Shown here one piece after another: positions 1 to 9,929 of a DNA stretch of 64,000 nt (position 1 is the stretch's first letter; every line of letters starts with the position of its first letter). A model generated the notes under the pieces. That model did not search any database. It was not told the origin of the DNA and was given only the letters and a program-made list of their open reading frames with translations. The translations under genes and the position numbers were made by a program. This DNA is from an uncultured Verrucomicrobiae bacterium (GTDB taxonomy: Bacteria > Verrucomicrobiota > Verrucomicrobiia > Chthoniobacterales > UBA10450): positions 352,001 through 416,000 of the forward strand of contig CAVTMK010000004.1 of NCBI GenBank assembly GCA_963735805.1, written 5' to 3'.

Positions 1-1
1 C

Positions 2-877
2 CTCGAACGTTATGTCTCGAAAAATTTGGTGAAAGAGGTTCTGGAAAATCCGGACAGCTACTACAGCTCGCTCCGCGGCGCGCGCCTCCCTGTCACCGTC
101 CTGTTTTCGGATTTGATCGGGTTCACCACGTTGTCCGAGAAGGGCGACCCCGAGGCGTTAGTTGCACAACTTAATGAATATCTCAGCCGCATGACCTCGG
201 TTGTTTTCAGGCACGGTGGTACGCTGGATAAATTCATTGGAGATGGGATCATGGCCGTATGGGGCAATGTGCGCAGCTTTGGCATGGCAGAGGACGCGAA
301 AAAGTGTGCGCGCGCGGCGCTGGGAATGCGGCATGAGTTACGACAGCTCAATCAAAACTGGCGCGAACAGGGGCGAATGGGGTTTGGCATGGGCATTGGC
401 ATCAATCACGGTGAAGTGATTGTTGGCAATGTTGGCTCGCACGAGCGCATGGATCCCACGGTGATTGGCGACTCGGCGAATCTCGCGTCGCGGATTGAGG
501 GTCTTACTCGAGTTTATGGGCTCGATATTCTGGTCGGTGCGACAGCCGCCGAGCTGGTGCGAGACGAGGTTTACCTTCGCTCGGTTGCCCGCGTACAAGT
601 GAAAGGCAAGACCAAACCGGTGGATGTCTTCACTTTTATTGGCGCCCGGAACGAAGAGGGCGATCCGGAATTCCTGAAGTGGCTGGAGACGTACGAAGAG
701 GGATTAGAGAAGTTCCGGGGCCGCGATTTTACTGAGGCAAAGATTCTGTTTTCTCGTTTCCTGGAATTTTATCCAGACGATTTACTTGCCAAAATGTATC
801 TGAATCGCGCGCTCGAATACGAGCAGACGCCCCCGGATGAAGCCTGGGCGGCGGTGGAGGTGTTCGAGAAAAAGTGA
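2..877 (+). CDS. Class III adenylate/guanylate cyclase, 5'-partial
   Basis: Motifs VTVLFSDLIGFT, DKFIGDGIM, GIGINHGEVIVGNVG and GDSANLASR; the frame is open back to position 2; helical TPR-like tail. Confidence 0.92.
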   Translation, partial: LERYVSKNLVKEVLENPDSYYSSLRGARLPVTVLFSDLIGFTTLSEKGDPEALVAQLNEYLSRMTSVVFRHGGTLDKFIGDGIMAVWGNVRSFGMAEDAKKCARAALGMRHELRQLNQNWREQGRMGFGMGIGINHGEVIVGNVGSHERMDPTVIGDSANLASRIEGLTRVYGLDILVGATAAELVRDEVYLRSVARVQVKGKTKPVDVFTFIGARNEEGDPEFLKWLETYEEGLEKFRGRDFTEAKILFSRFLEFYPDDLLAKMYLNRALEYEQTPPDEAWAAVEVFEKK

Positions 878-896
878 TGGTTGCGGATCGCGTTCT

Positions 897-1020
897 GTGA
901 TCCTGAGCCGCGAAGACGGCGAAGACCTCACAAATACGCACGCCGTCACGCGGGATCATGCGCAATGTTCCTCGGATAAGAGGCACGTTCTGTGAGGTCC
1001 CTCGCTTCGCTCGGGATGAC
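897..1020. repeat. GTCAT-type REP-like inverted-repeat element
   Basis: Ends GTGATCCTGAGC and GCTCGGGATGAC are near-perfect inverted repeats; inner pair GACCTCACA/TGTGAGGTC. Confidence 0.8.
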
Positions 1021-1071
1021 GCGCGTTTTCGTTTTGCTGGCGAAATTCGCTATGCAGCGTAAAGAATCCGC

Positions 1072-2463
1072 GTGAAGGAAGCGCCAAAGAGTTTTCATTT
1101 CCTTGGGATTTGCGGCACAGCCATGGCCTCGGTGGCAGCAGCGCTGAATGAGCGCGGATTCACAGTCACCGGGTCGGATGAAAATGTTTATCCGCCGATG
1201 TCGACCTTTCTTCAGGGAAAAGGCATCTCATTGAAAGAGGGTTATCGCGCGGAGAACATTCCTGCGGATGCAGATGTCGTGGTGATTGGCAACGCGATGA
1301 CGCGCGGCAATCCCGAAGTAGAAGCCGTGCTGAACAGAAAGCTCCTTTATCTTTCGTTGCCGGAAGTGCTTAAAAATTATTTTTTGCGCGGGCGCCATAA
1401 TCTCGTTGTTACGGGGACGCACGGCAAAACAACGACAACGGCGTTGCTTGCCTGGATCATGGAGAAAGCCGGACGTAAACCGGCTTACGTCATCGGTGGA
1501 CTTCCGAAGAATCTCGGCCAGGGAGCGCGCTTGAATGATTCAAAGTATTTCGTGATCGAAGGCGACGAGTACGACTCAGCGTTTTTTGACAAGCGCTCGA
1601 AATTTATTCATTACCTGCCAGAGCTGCTCATCATCAACAACATCGAGTTCGATCATGCCGATATCTTCAACAGCCTTGATGAAATCAAGCTTAGCTTCCG
1701 GCGTTTGCTCAACATTGTTCCCCAGAACGGCATGGTGGTGGTGAACGGCGACGACGCCAATTGCGTCGAGGTGGCAAAAGATTGTCTTGCGCAGATGATT
1801 GAAGTGGGTTTCTCGAAGAATTGTGCGCAGCGAATTTGCGATGTCGTCTGTTCGGCTGCGGGGTCGAGATTCAAGCTCGGAGATGAGGCATTCGAAATTC
1901 CGCTTGTAGGCGAATTCAATGTTCGCAACGCCGCAATGGCGGCGATTGCAGCGCGATTTTATAATGTGCCGAAGGCAAAAATCGACAGCGCGTTCAAGAG
2001 CTTTTCAGGAATCGCGCGTCGACAGGAACTTCGCGGTGAAGCGCGAGGCGTAAAAGTGATCGACGATTTCGGTCACCATCCGACTGCAATTGCCCAGACC
2101 TTGGAAGCATTGCGCCACCGATACCGCGGAAATCGCCTCTGGGCAGTCTTCGAACCCCGCTCCAACACAACGCGGCGAGCAGTCTTTCAACGGGAGCTTC
2201 CCGACGCCTTGAAGTTAGCCGATGGAGTTTTCATGTCGCAGGTGGCCAAGCTGGAACAAATCCCGGAAAAAGAGCGACTAAATCCGGAGAAAGTTGTGGC
2301 TGCGATTGGCAAGGCAGGCCGTCCTGCATTTTACGAGCGGAACGCCGATGCAATCGTGGATCGGATCGTTCCGATGCTGCGGCCCAATGATGTCGTCGCA
2401 GTTTTTAGCAATGGCGGTTTTGATAACATCCACGAGAAGTTGTTAACGCGTTTGAGATCGTGA
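1072..2463 (+). CDS. mpl: Murein peptide ligase (Mpl, MurC-like)
   Basis: GICGTAM, GTHGKTTT, EGDEYDSAFFDKRSKF, DDFGHHP, FEPRSNT, SNGGF. Confidence 0.9.
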   Translation: MKEAPKSFHFLGICGTAMASVAAALNERGFTVTGSDENVYPPMSTFLQGKGISLKEGYRAENIPADADVVVIGNAMTRGNPEVEAVLNRKLLYLSLPEVLKNYFLRGRHNLVVTGTHGKTTTTALLAWIMEKAGRKPAYVIGGLPKNLGQGARLNDSKYFVIEGDEYDSAFFDKRSKFIHYLPELLIINNIEFDHADIFNSLDEIKLSFRRLLNIVPQNGMVVVNGDDANCVEVAKDCLAQMIEVGFSKNCAQRICDVVCSAAGSRFKLGDEAFEIPLVGEFNVRNAAMAAIAARFYNVPKAKIDSAFKSFSGIARRQELRGEARGVKVIDDFGHHPTAIAQTLEALRHRYRGNRLWAVFEPRSNTTRRAVFQRELPDALKLADGVFMSQVAKLEQIPEKERLNPEKVVAAIGKAGRPAFYERNADAIVDRIVPMLRPNDVVAVFSNGGFDNIHEKLLTRLRS

Positions 2464-2518
2464 TTCGAGACCCGGTGATTTGTTAAATCGGGGAACGACG
2501 AATCACGGGCATTTCGAA

Positions 2519-3004
2519 TCACGGCGTCGGCGGAGCCGCCGACGTATGATCGTGTACAATTCGCCATCCTTCAGGCAGGAGTTTAAGAATGAGCGTGAAT
2601 CGGCCGTGCGGCTGATCGTTTGCACGATTCAGTTTCCACTGGCCGGATGCTACTGCCGAATCAGATGACAGCAGCGTGATTTCCACGTCGGAAAACATGA
2701 GCGTCCCCATCTTGGCCCGGTTGGAATATTTTTGCTTGTAACGATTGCGCACAGTTTGCCAGCCGCGCCTGATTGTGTCTTCTGAAATAAAGACTGTCGA
2801 TGCCGAGCGAGCATATCCATTCATAAATCCATCAATATCGCCCCGGTTCCAGGCATCCTGCTGCTTCTGGAGAACGGATCGAATCTGAGTTGCTGAACTG
2901 GCGGTTTGTTCGGGTGCTGCAAAGGGAGCGACCACCATCGCCATGAGGCCACAAGACGCGATCGCGATGCAATGCACTCTACCCAGACTCAGAGGACTGA
3001 TCAT
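2519..3004 (-). CDS. Exported NTF2/SnoaL-like (DUF4440-like) protein
   Basis: QQDAWNRGDIDGFMNGY ... GWRIVHDHTS; signal-like N-terminus; start placed at ATG 3004. Confidence 0.75.
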   Translation of the reverse strand: MISPLSLGRVHCIAIASCGLMAMVVAPFAAPEQTASSATQIRSVLQKQQDAWNRGDIDGFMNGYARSASTVFISEDTIRRGWQTVRNRYKQKYSNRAKMGTLMFSDVEITLLSSDSAVASGQWKLNRANDQPHGRFTLILKLLPEGWRIVHDHTSAAPPTP

Positions 3005-3134
3005 TTGCGGCGACAGCAATCTCTTGTAAGCTAGCTGCCCTGCTGGGTCCAGCTTCAGGATTGTTTCAACCGAGGGAAATATTTTGACGGGTCTCATAAA
3101 TGCACTAGCGTCGCCCATCCATCCAAATAAGGCT

Positions 3135-5492
3135 GTGCACCGCTTTTTCTGCATCGCGACGCTTGTGCTTGCCAGCGCGACGGCCGTTTCCGGTCAGAAC
3201 AGACCGCCTCGTCCCGAAGCAACTCCCGCTTCCGAGGCAGCAAGATCTGAGCCGGTAGAAGCGCCCGCGCCTCCGCCTCCAAACGCGCCTTCTACGGTTC
3301 GCCTCCAGTTTCCAAACAGTGATGTCGTCGATGTGCTGCATCTCTACGAGCAGCTCACCGGCAAAAAGCTGGTCATGGACAATTTCGTGCAGGGCAAGGT
3401 GAACATTTTCATCGCCAAGGATGTGTCGCGCGAAGAAGCGATCAAGATCATCGAGATGAGCATGTCCCTGAACGGAATTTCTCTCGTTCCAGCTGGCAAG
3501 GACTTGATCGACGTTGTGGGCGCGGGCCAAAATCCTCGGAAAGCGCCGGTGCCAATCGTTTCCGATCTGGCGGATATCCCTGCGGGGAACCCGGTGATCA
3601 GCTTCCTGTTCCATCTGCAGTACGCGGATGCACAGGAACTCCAACAAGTGTTGATGGCATATTTTCAGGGAAGCTCAGGAACGATCAATATTCTCGCCCT
3701 GCCGAAAGCATCGGCTCTTCTGGTGACGCAGAACGCCGACATTATCCGACAGCTTGCAAGTGTAATAAACCAGGTAGACGTGGCACCTGCGGAAGTTGTC
3801 AGTGAGTTCATCAAGCTCGATCGCGCCGATGCGAGCAAAGTCTCCGATATGCTCAAGGACATTTTCGAGAAGGGCACCGAATCGCCTACTCAGCCGGGCG
3901 TTCGCAATGTGAAATTGCCTGGAGCGATTCCGCAACCCCAGCAGGCTGAAGGCCCGGGATTAGGGGTGCTATCCGAGGAAGCCATCATCGTAGGTAAAAT
4001 CAAACTGACTCCCGACGTGCGCACCAACCGTATTCACGTCGTGACGCGCCCGATCAACATGCCTTTCATCCGGGAACTGATTCATCAATTTGATGCCAAC
4101 GTTGAATTTGCGAAGCCCGTCACGCGGTATTTGCAATACGTATCGGCCGGTGACGTTCTGCCCGTGCTGGTTCAGGCGTTGACGGAGCCAGGCACTGAGG
4201 GCGCTGGCGCGCAACCCGGCGGCGGGCTGCCTGGCGCGAGTCCGCAACCGCAGCAGCAACAACAACAGCGAGGCGCGAATCCCTACTTGAACCAGAACAG
4301 TGGCACGACTGGTTTCGGGGGTACGGGTGGGAGCGGCAGCACATTGAATATTTCCGAGGAGCTCCAGACGCAACCGGTAAACACCACGCCGCAAGCCGTC
4401 ACGGTCGGAAACTCCAAGCTCATCGCCGACCAGCGCGCCAATTCCATCATCATCCTCGGAAATCGAGACGTTGTGGTGAAGGTGGAGAAAATCCTGGATC
4501 AAATGGATGTCCAGGCGCCGCAAGTCGCGCTGAGCACGGTGATCGGCCAGTTGACGCTCGGCAACAACGAGGAGTTCGGTGTCGATTGGTTCGCAAAATA
4601 CCATAACAGGTTCCTCGGCACCACGCGCAATAACAACATATTTGGCACTACTAATGTGCCACACGATCCCGGAGTTCCGGTGCCCAGTGGCTCGGCCGCG
4701 CCCAACATTCTCGATCCCTCAAACCTGATTAACTTCAGCAATATTATTCAGAGTGTGGGCGGCGGGACCAACCTTTACGTGGCAGCCGGCAACGCTTTCG
4801 CTGCCATAGTGCACCTCCTTGAGTCCACGAATCGTTTCAAAGTTTTGTCGCGGCCGACGGTTTTCACAAGCAACAATAAGAAAGCTATCATCGCTTCCGG
4901 CCAGGAAGTTCCCGTGCCGACGAGCACTCTGACGAATGCCGGGGTTGTTAACACACAAGCTTCTATTCAATCAAGCATCGAGTACAAAAGTGTCGTGCTT
5001 CAGCTCGAGGTCGTGCCGCTTATTAATTCCGAGAAGGTCGTGTCGCTCGATATTTTGCAGAAGATCGACAGCCTCGTTCCGAATGGAAACGTACTCATCA
5101 GTGGTAATGAGGTCCCAACAATCGACACCAAGTATATTCGCACGAACGTTTCCGCGGCGAACGGGTCTACCATTATTCTGGGCGGATTAATCCAGGAGCA
5201 AAAGCAGAAGCAGACCCAGGGTTTTCCTTATCTCTCACGCATTCCTCTCATTGGCGCCGCGTTCCGCAGCACATCAAGTGGCAAACAACGGCAGGAATTA
5301 GTCATTCTCATGTGTCCGCAGGTGACCCTGACCAAGCTGGATCAGTATCGGCTGCGCCAGAAGTGGGAGAACACGACTCATTTTGGCGCGGACCTGGATC
5401 AGAACGAGTGTCCGGATTGCCCCAAAACGCAAGAGGGCAAACAGTTAACCTTGCCACCACCTGATATTCCCGAACCGAAAGATATGCGTTAA
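3135..5492 (+). CDS. gspD: Type II secretion secretin GspD
   Basis: N0-N3 type repeats (ADQRANSIIILG) and secretin core (VLSRPTVFTSNNKKA, GGLIQE, PYLSRIPLIG); GTG start before the signal peptide is inferred. Confidence 0.88.
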   Translation: MHRFFCIATLVLASATAVSGQNRPPRPEATPASEAARSEPVEAPAPPPPNAPSTVRLQFPNSDVVDVLHLYEQLTGKKLVMDNFVQGKVNIFIAKDVSREEAIKIIEMSMSLNGISLVPAGKDLIDVVGAGQNPRKAPVPIVSDLADIPAGNPVISFLFHLQYADAQELQQVLMAYFQGSSGTINILALPKASALLVTQNADIIRQLASVINQVDVAPAEVVSEFIKLDRADASKVSDMLKDIFEKGTESPTQPGVRNVKLPGAIPQPQQAEGPGLGVLSEEAIIVGKIKLTPDVRTNRIHVVTRPINMPFIRELIHQFDANVEFAKPVTRYLQYVSAGDVLPVLVQALTEPGTEGAGAQPGGGLPGASPQPQQQQQQRGANPYLNQNSGTTGFGGTGGSGSTLNISEELQTQPVNTTPQAVTVGNSKLIADQRANSIIILGNRDVVVKVEKILDQMDVQAPQVALSTVIGQLTLGNNEEFGVDWFAKYHNRFLGTTRNNNIFGTTNVPHDPGVPVPSGSAAPNILDPSNLINFSNIIQSVGGGTNLYVAAGNAFAAIVHLLESTNRFKVLSRPTVFTSNNKKAIIASGQEVPVPTSTLTNAGVVNTQASIQSSIEYKSVVLQLEVVPLINSEKVVSLDILQKIDSLVPNGNVLISGNEVPTIDTKYIRTNVSAANGSTIILGGLIQEQKQKQTQGFPYLSRIPLIGAAFRSTSSGKQRQELVILMCPQVTLTKLDQYRLRQKWENTTHFGADLDQNECPDCPKTQEGKQLTLPPPDIPEPKDMR

Positions 5493-5507
5493 CTTGCTTC
5501 TATTTTT

Positions 5508-5918
5508 ATGAAACGAATAGCTCTCACGTTAACCCTGTGTCTTGGCGCGACCATCGCGCTGGCCGATGATTACGATATTCTGGACTACGATTTTATTCGT
5601 TCAATCGATCCATTGGCTCAGAGAGACGAATGGGCTCTGCTCCACCAGGGGAAAACTCTGAATGCGACTGACTTTGCACCACGGTACAAGTGGCGATGGT
5701 GTTACTACTTCAAGGATGGCGAGCAACTCATTGCGCAACCCGCTTATGTGGGCTCTATGCAAACGGCCCTGCGTCGACTTGGTTATTACTGCGGCCCGGT
5801 CAACGGCGTGTTTACGCCCCAAGTAAGCGAGGCCATTGCACGACTGCAAAAGAATTGTTCCATGCGTGTGACGGGTACCCTCACCGAACCGGTACGACGC
5901 GCATTGCATCTACCTTGA
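5508..5918 (+). CDS. Exported peptidoglycan-binding domain protein
   Basis: Signal peptide; QTALRRLGYYCGPVNGVF...AIARLQ...VTG (PG_binding_1-like). Confidence 0.8.
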   Translation: MKRIALTLTLCLGATIALADDYDILDYDFIRSIDPLAQRDEWALLHQGKTLNATDFAPRYKWRWCYYFKDGEQLIAQPAYVGSMQTALRRLGYYCGPVNGVFTPQVSEAIARLQKNCSMRVTGTLTEPVRRALHLP

Positions 5919-6084
5919 GCGCTCAAGGAGAGCGCGGTTTCTGTCAATACGTTAAAAACGGCGGTGTCGAGAACGCAGCTTCTTGATTACGCATTATGCG
6001 TGAAAGACCTTGCGAAACGCCTTAAATCGGTTTCATTCGAACGCTTCCAATTCTGCATTGTCGATTCTAATGAACGTCCCCTGA

Positions 6085-7824
6085 ATGAGCTCATCTGCCA
6101 ATCAATCGCTGATTAATTTGCTGTTGGAAAGCGGTGTTGCTTCGACTGAAGACGCGGCACAACTTGCAGTGAACCTGAACGGCGGTTCCTGGGTGAGCCA
6201 GGTACTTGATTCCGGCAAGGTTGATGAGCAGCGCTTTCTCGGCGCGATCGGCAACTTCTTCCGCGTGCCGGTTACGTCTATCGATGCAAAAGCGATTGAT
6301 CGCGCGACATTATCGGCCTTACCGAGTCGCTTTGTTTTTCAACATCACATTTTGCCCATCGAGGTGAAGGAAAACGCAGTGGTGCTGGCGACGTACGATC
6401 TTTTTAACTCTATTGGCCGCCAACTTGCATCGCAGCTTTCGAAAAAGCCGGTGGAATGGGTGCTGGTGCCGCGTGCGCAGGTTCTGCGGGCGATGAAGAC
6501 TCTCTACGGCGTCGGCGCAGAAACATTCGATGAGATTCTTAAGACGAATCGTTCTTTCGAGGCGTTGCAGGATACCGAGACCGCCATCGATATGAATGAT
6601 GACGATCCGGAGGCGTCGGTGGTGAAATTTGTGAACCAGATTATTCGCGAAGCGATTTTCGAGCGCGCGACCGATATTCATGTCGAACCGTTGGAGAACG
6701 ATCTGCGGATTCGGTATCGAATCGACGGAATTTTGCACGAGGTCGCTGTGCCGCCGCAATTGCGAGTCCTGCAATCGGCCATTATCTCGCGCCTGAAAGT
6801 AATGTCGCACATGGACATCGCGGAGCGCCGTCTGCCGCAAGACGGGCGCATCAATCTGCAGTCGAACAATCAGAACATTGACGTGCGCGTTTCGACAATC
6901 CCAACGGTCAACGGCGAATCGATCAGTCTGCGATTGCTCATCCGCAGCCAACAACAGTTCGGATTTGATCGGCTCGAGCTCAGCGACCAGCAGGAGAAAA
7001 CCATTCGGCATCTGTTGGCGCAGCCCAACGGGATCATCCTTCTTACCGGTCCGACCGGCTGTGGAAAATCGACCTCGCTGTATTGCTTCTTAAGCAGCAT
7101 TAACTCGGTCCAGCGCCGTATCATCACCATTGAAGAACCAGTTGAATATCGAATTCCGGGTGTCTCACAAATCGATGTGAAACCGGAGATTGATCTGACG
7201 TTCGCAAAAGGTCTCCGCCACATTCTGCGACAGGACCCCAACGTGGTGATGGTGGGTGAGATTCGCGACATCGAAACCGCGGACATCGCAATCCGCGCGG
7301 CGATGACAGGTCACCTCGTTTTCAGTACGCTGCATACGAACGACGCCGTCGGTGGAATTACACGTTTGCTCGATATGGACGTGGAACCGTTTCTGCTCTC
7401 CTCGGTGGTGAAATCGTTCATTGCGCAACGGTTGGTACGCACCATTTGTCCTGACTGCGCGCAATTGGTTGATTATCCGCGCGAATATCTCGCTGAGATC
7501 GGTTTTCCGGTAAAGGAACTGGGCACCCGTTTCCAGCGTGGCGCCGGTTGCGATCAATGCCGCCAGACCGGCTATCAGGGTCGTGCGGCAATCTATGAGA
7601 TTTGCGTTATCACCGAGCCATTAAGAAAATTGATCATGCAAAAGCGCGATGGCGGCGAGCTCAAGCAATGTGCCATTGTTGAAGGCATGCAAACCTTGCG
7701 GCAGGACGGCTGGCGACGGGTCTCTCAAGGCAAAACAACGATCGAAGAAGTGGTTCGGGTCACGCAAACCGACGAGGTGATGGCCGAAACCACAGAAGAA
7801 GCCGAGCCGATGATGGCGGGGTAA
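6085..7824 (+). CDS. gspE: GspE/PilB family secretion ATPase
   Basis: ATDIHVEP, GPTGCGKS, LRQDPNVVMVGEIRD, TGHLVFSTLH, two CxxC motifs. Confidence 0.9.
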   Translation: MSSSANQSLINLLLESGVASTEDAAQLAVNLNGGSWVSQVLDSGKVDEQRFLGAIGNFFRVPVTSIDAKAIDRATLSALPSRFVFQHHILPIEVKENAVVLATYDLFNSIGRQLASQLSKKPVEWVLVPRAQVLRAMKTLYGVGAETFDEILKTNRSFEALQDTETAIDMNDDDPEASVVKFVNQIIREAIFERATDIHVEPLENDLRIRYRIDGILHEVAVPPQLRVLQSAIISRLKVMSHMDIAERRLPQDGRINLQSNNQNIDVRVSTIPTVNGESISLRLLIRSQQQFGFDRLELSDQQEKTIRHLLAQPNGIILLTGPTGCGKSTSLYCFLSSINSVQRRIITIEEPVEYRIPGVSQIDVKPEIDLTFAKGLRHILRQDPNVVMVGEIRDIETADIAIRAAMTGHLVFSTLHTNDAVGGITRLLDMDVEPFLLSSVVKSFIAQRLVRTICPDCAQLVDYPREYLAEIGFPVKELGTRFQRGAGCDQCRQTGYQGRAAIYEICVITEPLRKLIMQKRDGGELKQCAIVEGMQTLRQDGWRRVSQGKTTIEEVVRVTQTDEVMAETTEEAEPMMAG

Positions 7825-7900
7825 TTGCGCTAAGAGCAAAGCGCAAACACCGAAACGGAATACGCCATTGGTCCTTGGCTCTTAGCGTTTCAGTTTCTGC

Positions 7901-8551
7901 TCAGGAATCGCCGCGCAATTCGCGAATCGCCTTGGCGTAATCTTTCGCGTGAAAAATTGACGTGCCGGCGACGAGGACGTTTGCGCCGTTTTCGATCGAT
8001 ACTCGCGCGGTCTCGGCGTTGATGCCGCCGTCTACTTCGATGTCGATCGTGTCGCTCAGCGATCTTGCATGCCTAACTTTTGGCATTTGATCAGTTCGAA
8101 AGGATTGACCCCCGAAACCCGGATGCACGGTCATCACCAATAGCATGTCGATCTTGTCCAGAAACGGTTCGACTGAATCGAAGGAGGTCTCGGGATTTAG
8201 AGTGAGCCCGGCGCGGCAACCGGCTTCTCGAATCTGCCGCAATGTGTCCACCACGCTGTGTTTCGCCTTCGGTTCCACGTGAACAGTGATTGAGTTTGCG
8301 CCGGCTTTGATAAATCTCGGGACGTAGTGATCGGCATGCTCGATCATAAGATGAACATCAAGGGGCAGACTTGTTAGGCCGCGCACCCGTCCGACAATCT
8401 CCGGACCGAAGGAAATGTTATCGACGAAATGTCCATCCATGATGTCGCAGTGGATCCAATCGGCACCCGCGGCTTCCACGCGATGGATTTCGTCACCGAG
8501 TCGTGAGAAATCGGCGGCCAGAATGGACGAAGCGACAATCACTCTTCCCAT
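7901..8551 (-). CDS. rpe: Ribulose-phosphate 3-epimerase
   Basis: HCDIMDGHFV, DVHLM, MTVHPGFGGQ, EVDGGI; start at MGRVIV. Confidence 0.95.
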   Translation of the reverse strand: MGRVIVASSILAADFSRLGDEIHRVEAAGADWIHCDIMDGHFVDNISFGPEIVGRVRGLTSLPLDVHLMIEHADHYVPRFIKAGANSITVHVEPKAKHSVVDTLRQIREAGCRAGLTLNPETSFDSVEPFLDKIDMLLVMTVHPGFGGQSFRTDQMPKVRHARSLSDTIDIEVDGGINAETARVSIENGANVLVAGTSIFHAKDYAKAIRELRGDS

Positions 8552-8621
8552 CAGTGATGGAGTAAAGGAGTAATGGGGTAATGGCAAGCATTCGGCAGCA
8601 CTCCACTGCTCCAACACTTCA
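8552..8621. repeat. Degenerate octamer array (GAGTAATG)n followed by an inverted (CACTCCA-like)n array
   Basis: cagtgatg gagtaaag gagtaatg gggtaatg ... cactcca ctgctcca acacttca. Confidence 0.65.
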
Positions 8622-8786
8622 CAAGTCCAACAGAAATGCCGCTTGACGGCGTGCTGCTCTGTTTCATGTTACGGGCGTTTCAGCCGGCCGAATCGCGCTC
8701 GTGGGAGTGCCATGTGAAGACAGGCCGCCTCAGGCGGATGAACGCGCTTCTTCTCAGGCTGAAGAATTGCTGCTAATAAATAATTC

Positions 8787-9824
8787 ATGTTCAACGGACT
8801 TTTCGGCTGGTTATCCAGCGACATCGGGATCGATCTGGGTACGGCAAACACACTTGTTTACGTAAAGGATCAAGGGATCGTGCTTCGCGAGCCATCAGTG
8901 GTGGCCGTACAGGCTGGCACCAACCGAGTGCTGGCTGTCGGTGATGAAGCCAAGCGCATGCTCGGCCGCACACCGGCAAACATCGTCGCGGTCCGGCCGC
9001 TTAAAGATGGAGTCATTGCGGACTTCGAAGTGACAGAAGCGATGCTGCGCCACTTCATCACTAAAGTGCACAATCGCCGGGTAAAGGCTAGACCGCGTGT
9101 TGTTATCGCCGTGCCGTCCGGAATCACGGAAGTGGAAAAGCGGGCTGTGCGTGAATCGGCGACCCATGCCGGAGCGCGTGAGGTTTATTTGATCGAAGAA
9201 CCAATGGCCGCCGCGATTGGAGTGGGACTTCCGGTACAGGATCCGGCGGGTAACATGATTATCGATATTGGAGGGGGCACGACGGAGGTCGCACTTATTT
9301 CGCTGTCGGGGATTGTGTTTAGTCGAAGCGTGCGCGTCGCCGGCGACGAACTGGACGAGGCGATCGTGCAGTATATGAAGCGCGCCTACAATCTGATGGT
9401 TGGTGAACGTACAGCCGAGGAGATAAAGATTAAGATTGGGTCTGCATATCCGAGCGAAAAGGAGACCAGCGTCGAGGTTAAGGGACGCGACCTGGTCGCC
9501 GGTTTGCCTAAAACGTTAATGATCACTTCACAGGAAGTGCGCGAAGCGTTGCTTGAACCGATCTCGACAATTGTCGATTCTGTGCGGATCACCCTCGAAC
9601 GTTGCCCGCCTGAGCTTTCGGCAGACCTCGTTGATCGCGGGCTGGTGCTGGCGGGCGGCGGCGCGCTACTGCGGGGCTTCGACAAGCTTTTGAGCGAGGA
9701 AACAGGCTTGCCTGTCCATGTTGCTGAAGATCCGCTCAGCGCCGTGGCGGAAGGGACCGGCAAATGCCTCAATGAACTTAAATTCTTGCGTCAAGTGGCC
9801 TCGGCAGATCGCCAGTGGCGGTAG
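8787..9824 (+). CDS. mreB: Rod shape-determining protein MreB
   Basis: [26 protein letters not shown]. Confidence 0.97.
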   Translation: MFNGLFGWLSSDIGIDLGTANTLVYVKDQGIVLREPSVVAVQAGTNRVLAVGDEAKRMLGRTPANIVAVRPLKDGVIADFEVTEAMLRHFITKVHNRRVKARPRVVIAVPSGITEVEKRAVRESATHAGAREVYLIEEPMAAAIGVGLPVQDPAGNMIIDIGGGTTEVALISLSGIVFSRSVRVAGDELDEAIVQYMKRAYNLMVGERTAEEIKIKIGSAYPSEKETSVEVKGRDLVAGLPKTLMITSQEVREALLEPISTIVDSVRITLERCPPELSADLVDRGLVLAGGGALLRGFDKLLSEETGLPVHVAEDPLSAVAEGTGKCLNELKFLRQVASADRQWR

Positions 9825-9829
9825 GAAGA

Positions 9830-9929
9830 ATTGCGGATTCGCGATCTCGCATTGCGGACTGATGTCGATTCTTGCGCAGATATCGACCCTGTTTAATCCG
9901 CGATCTACAATTCGTAATCCGCAATTGCG
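9830..9929. repeat. Inverted heptamer arrays (ATTGCGG)n ... (AATCCGC)n
   Basis: Four units, a central hairpin, then five inverted units ending at the mreC ATG. Confidence 0.75.
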
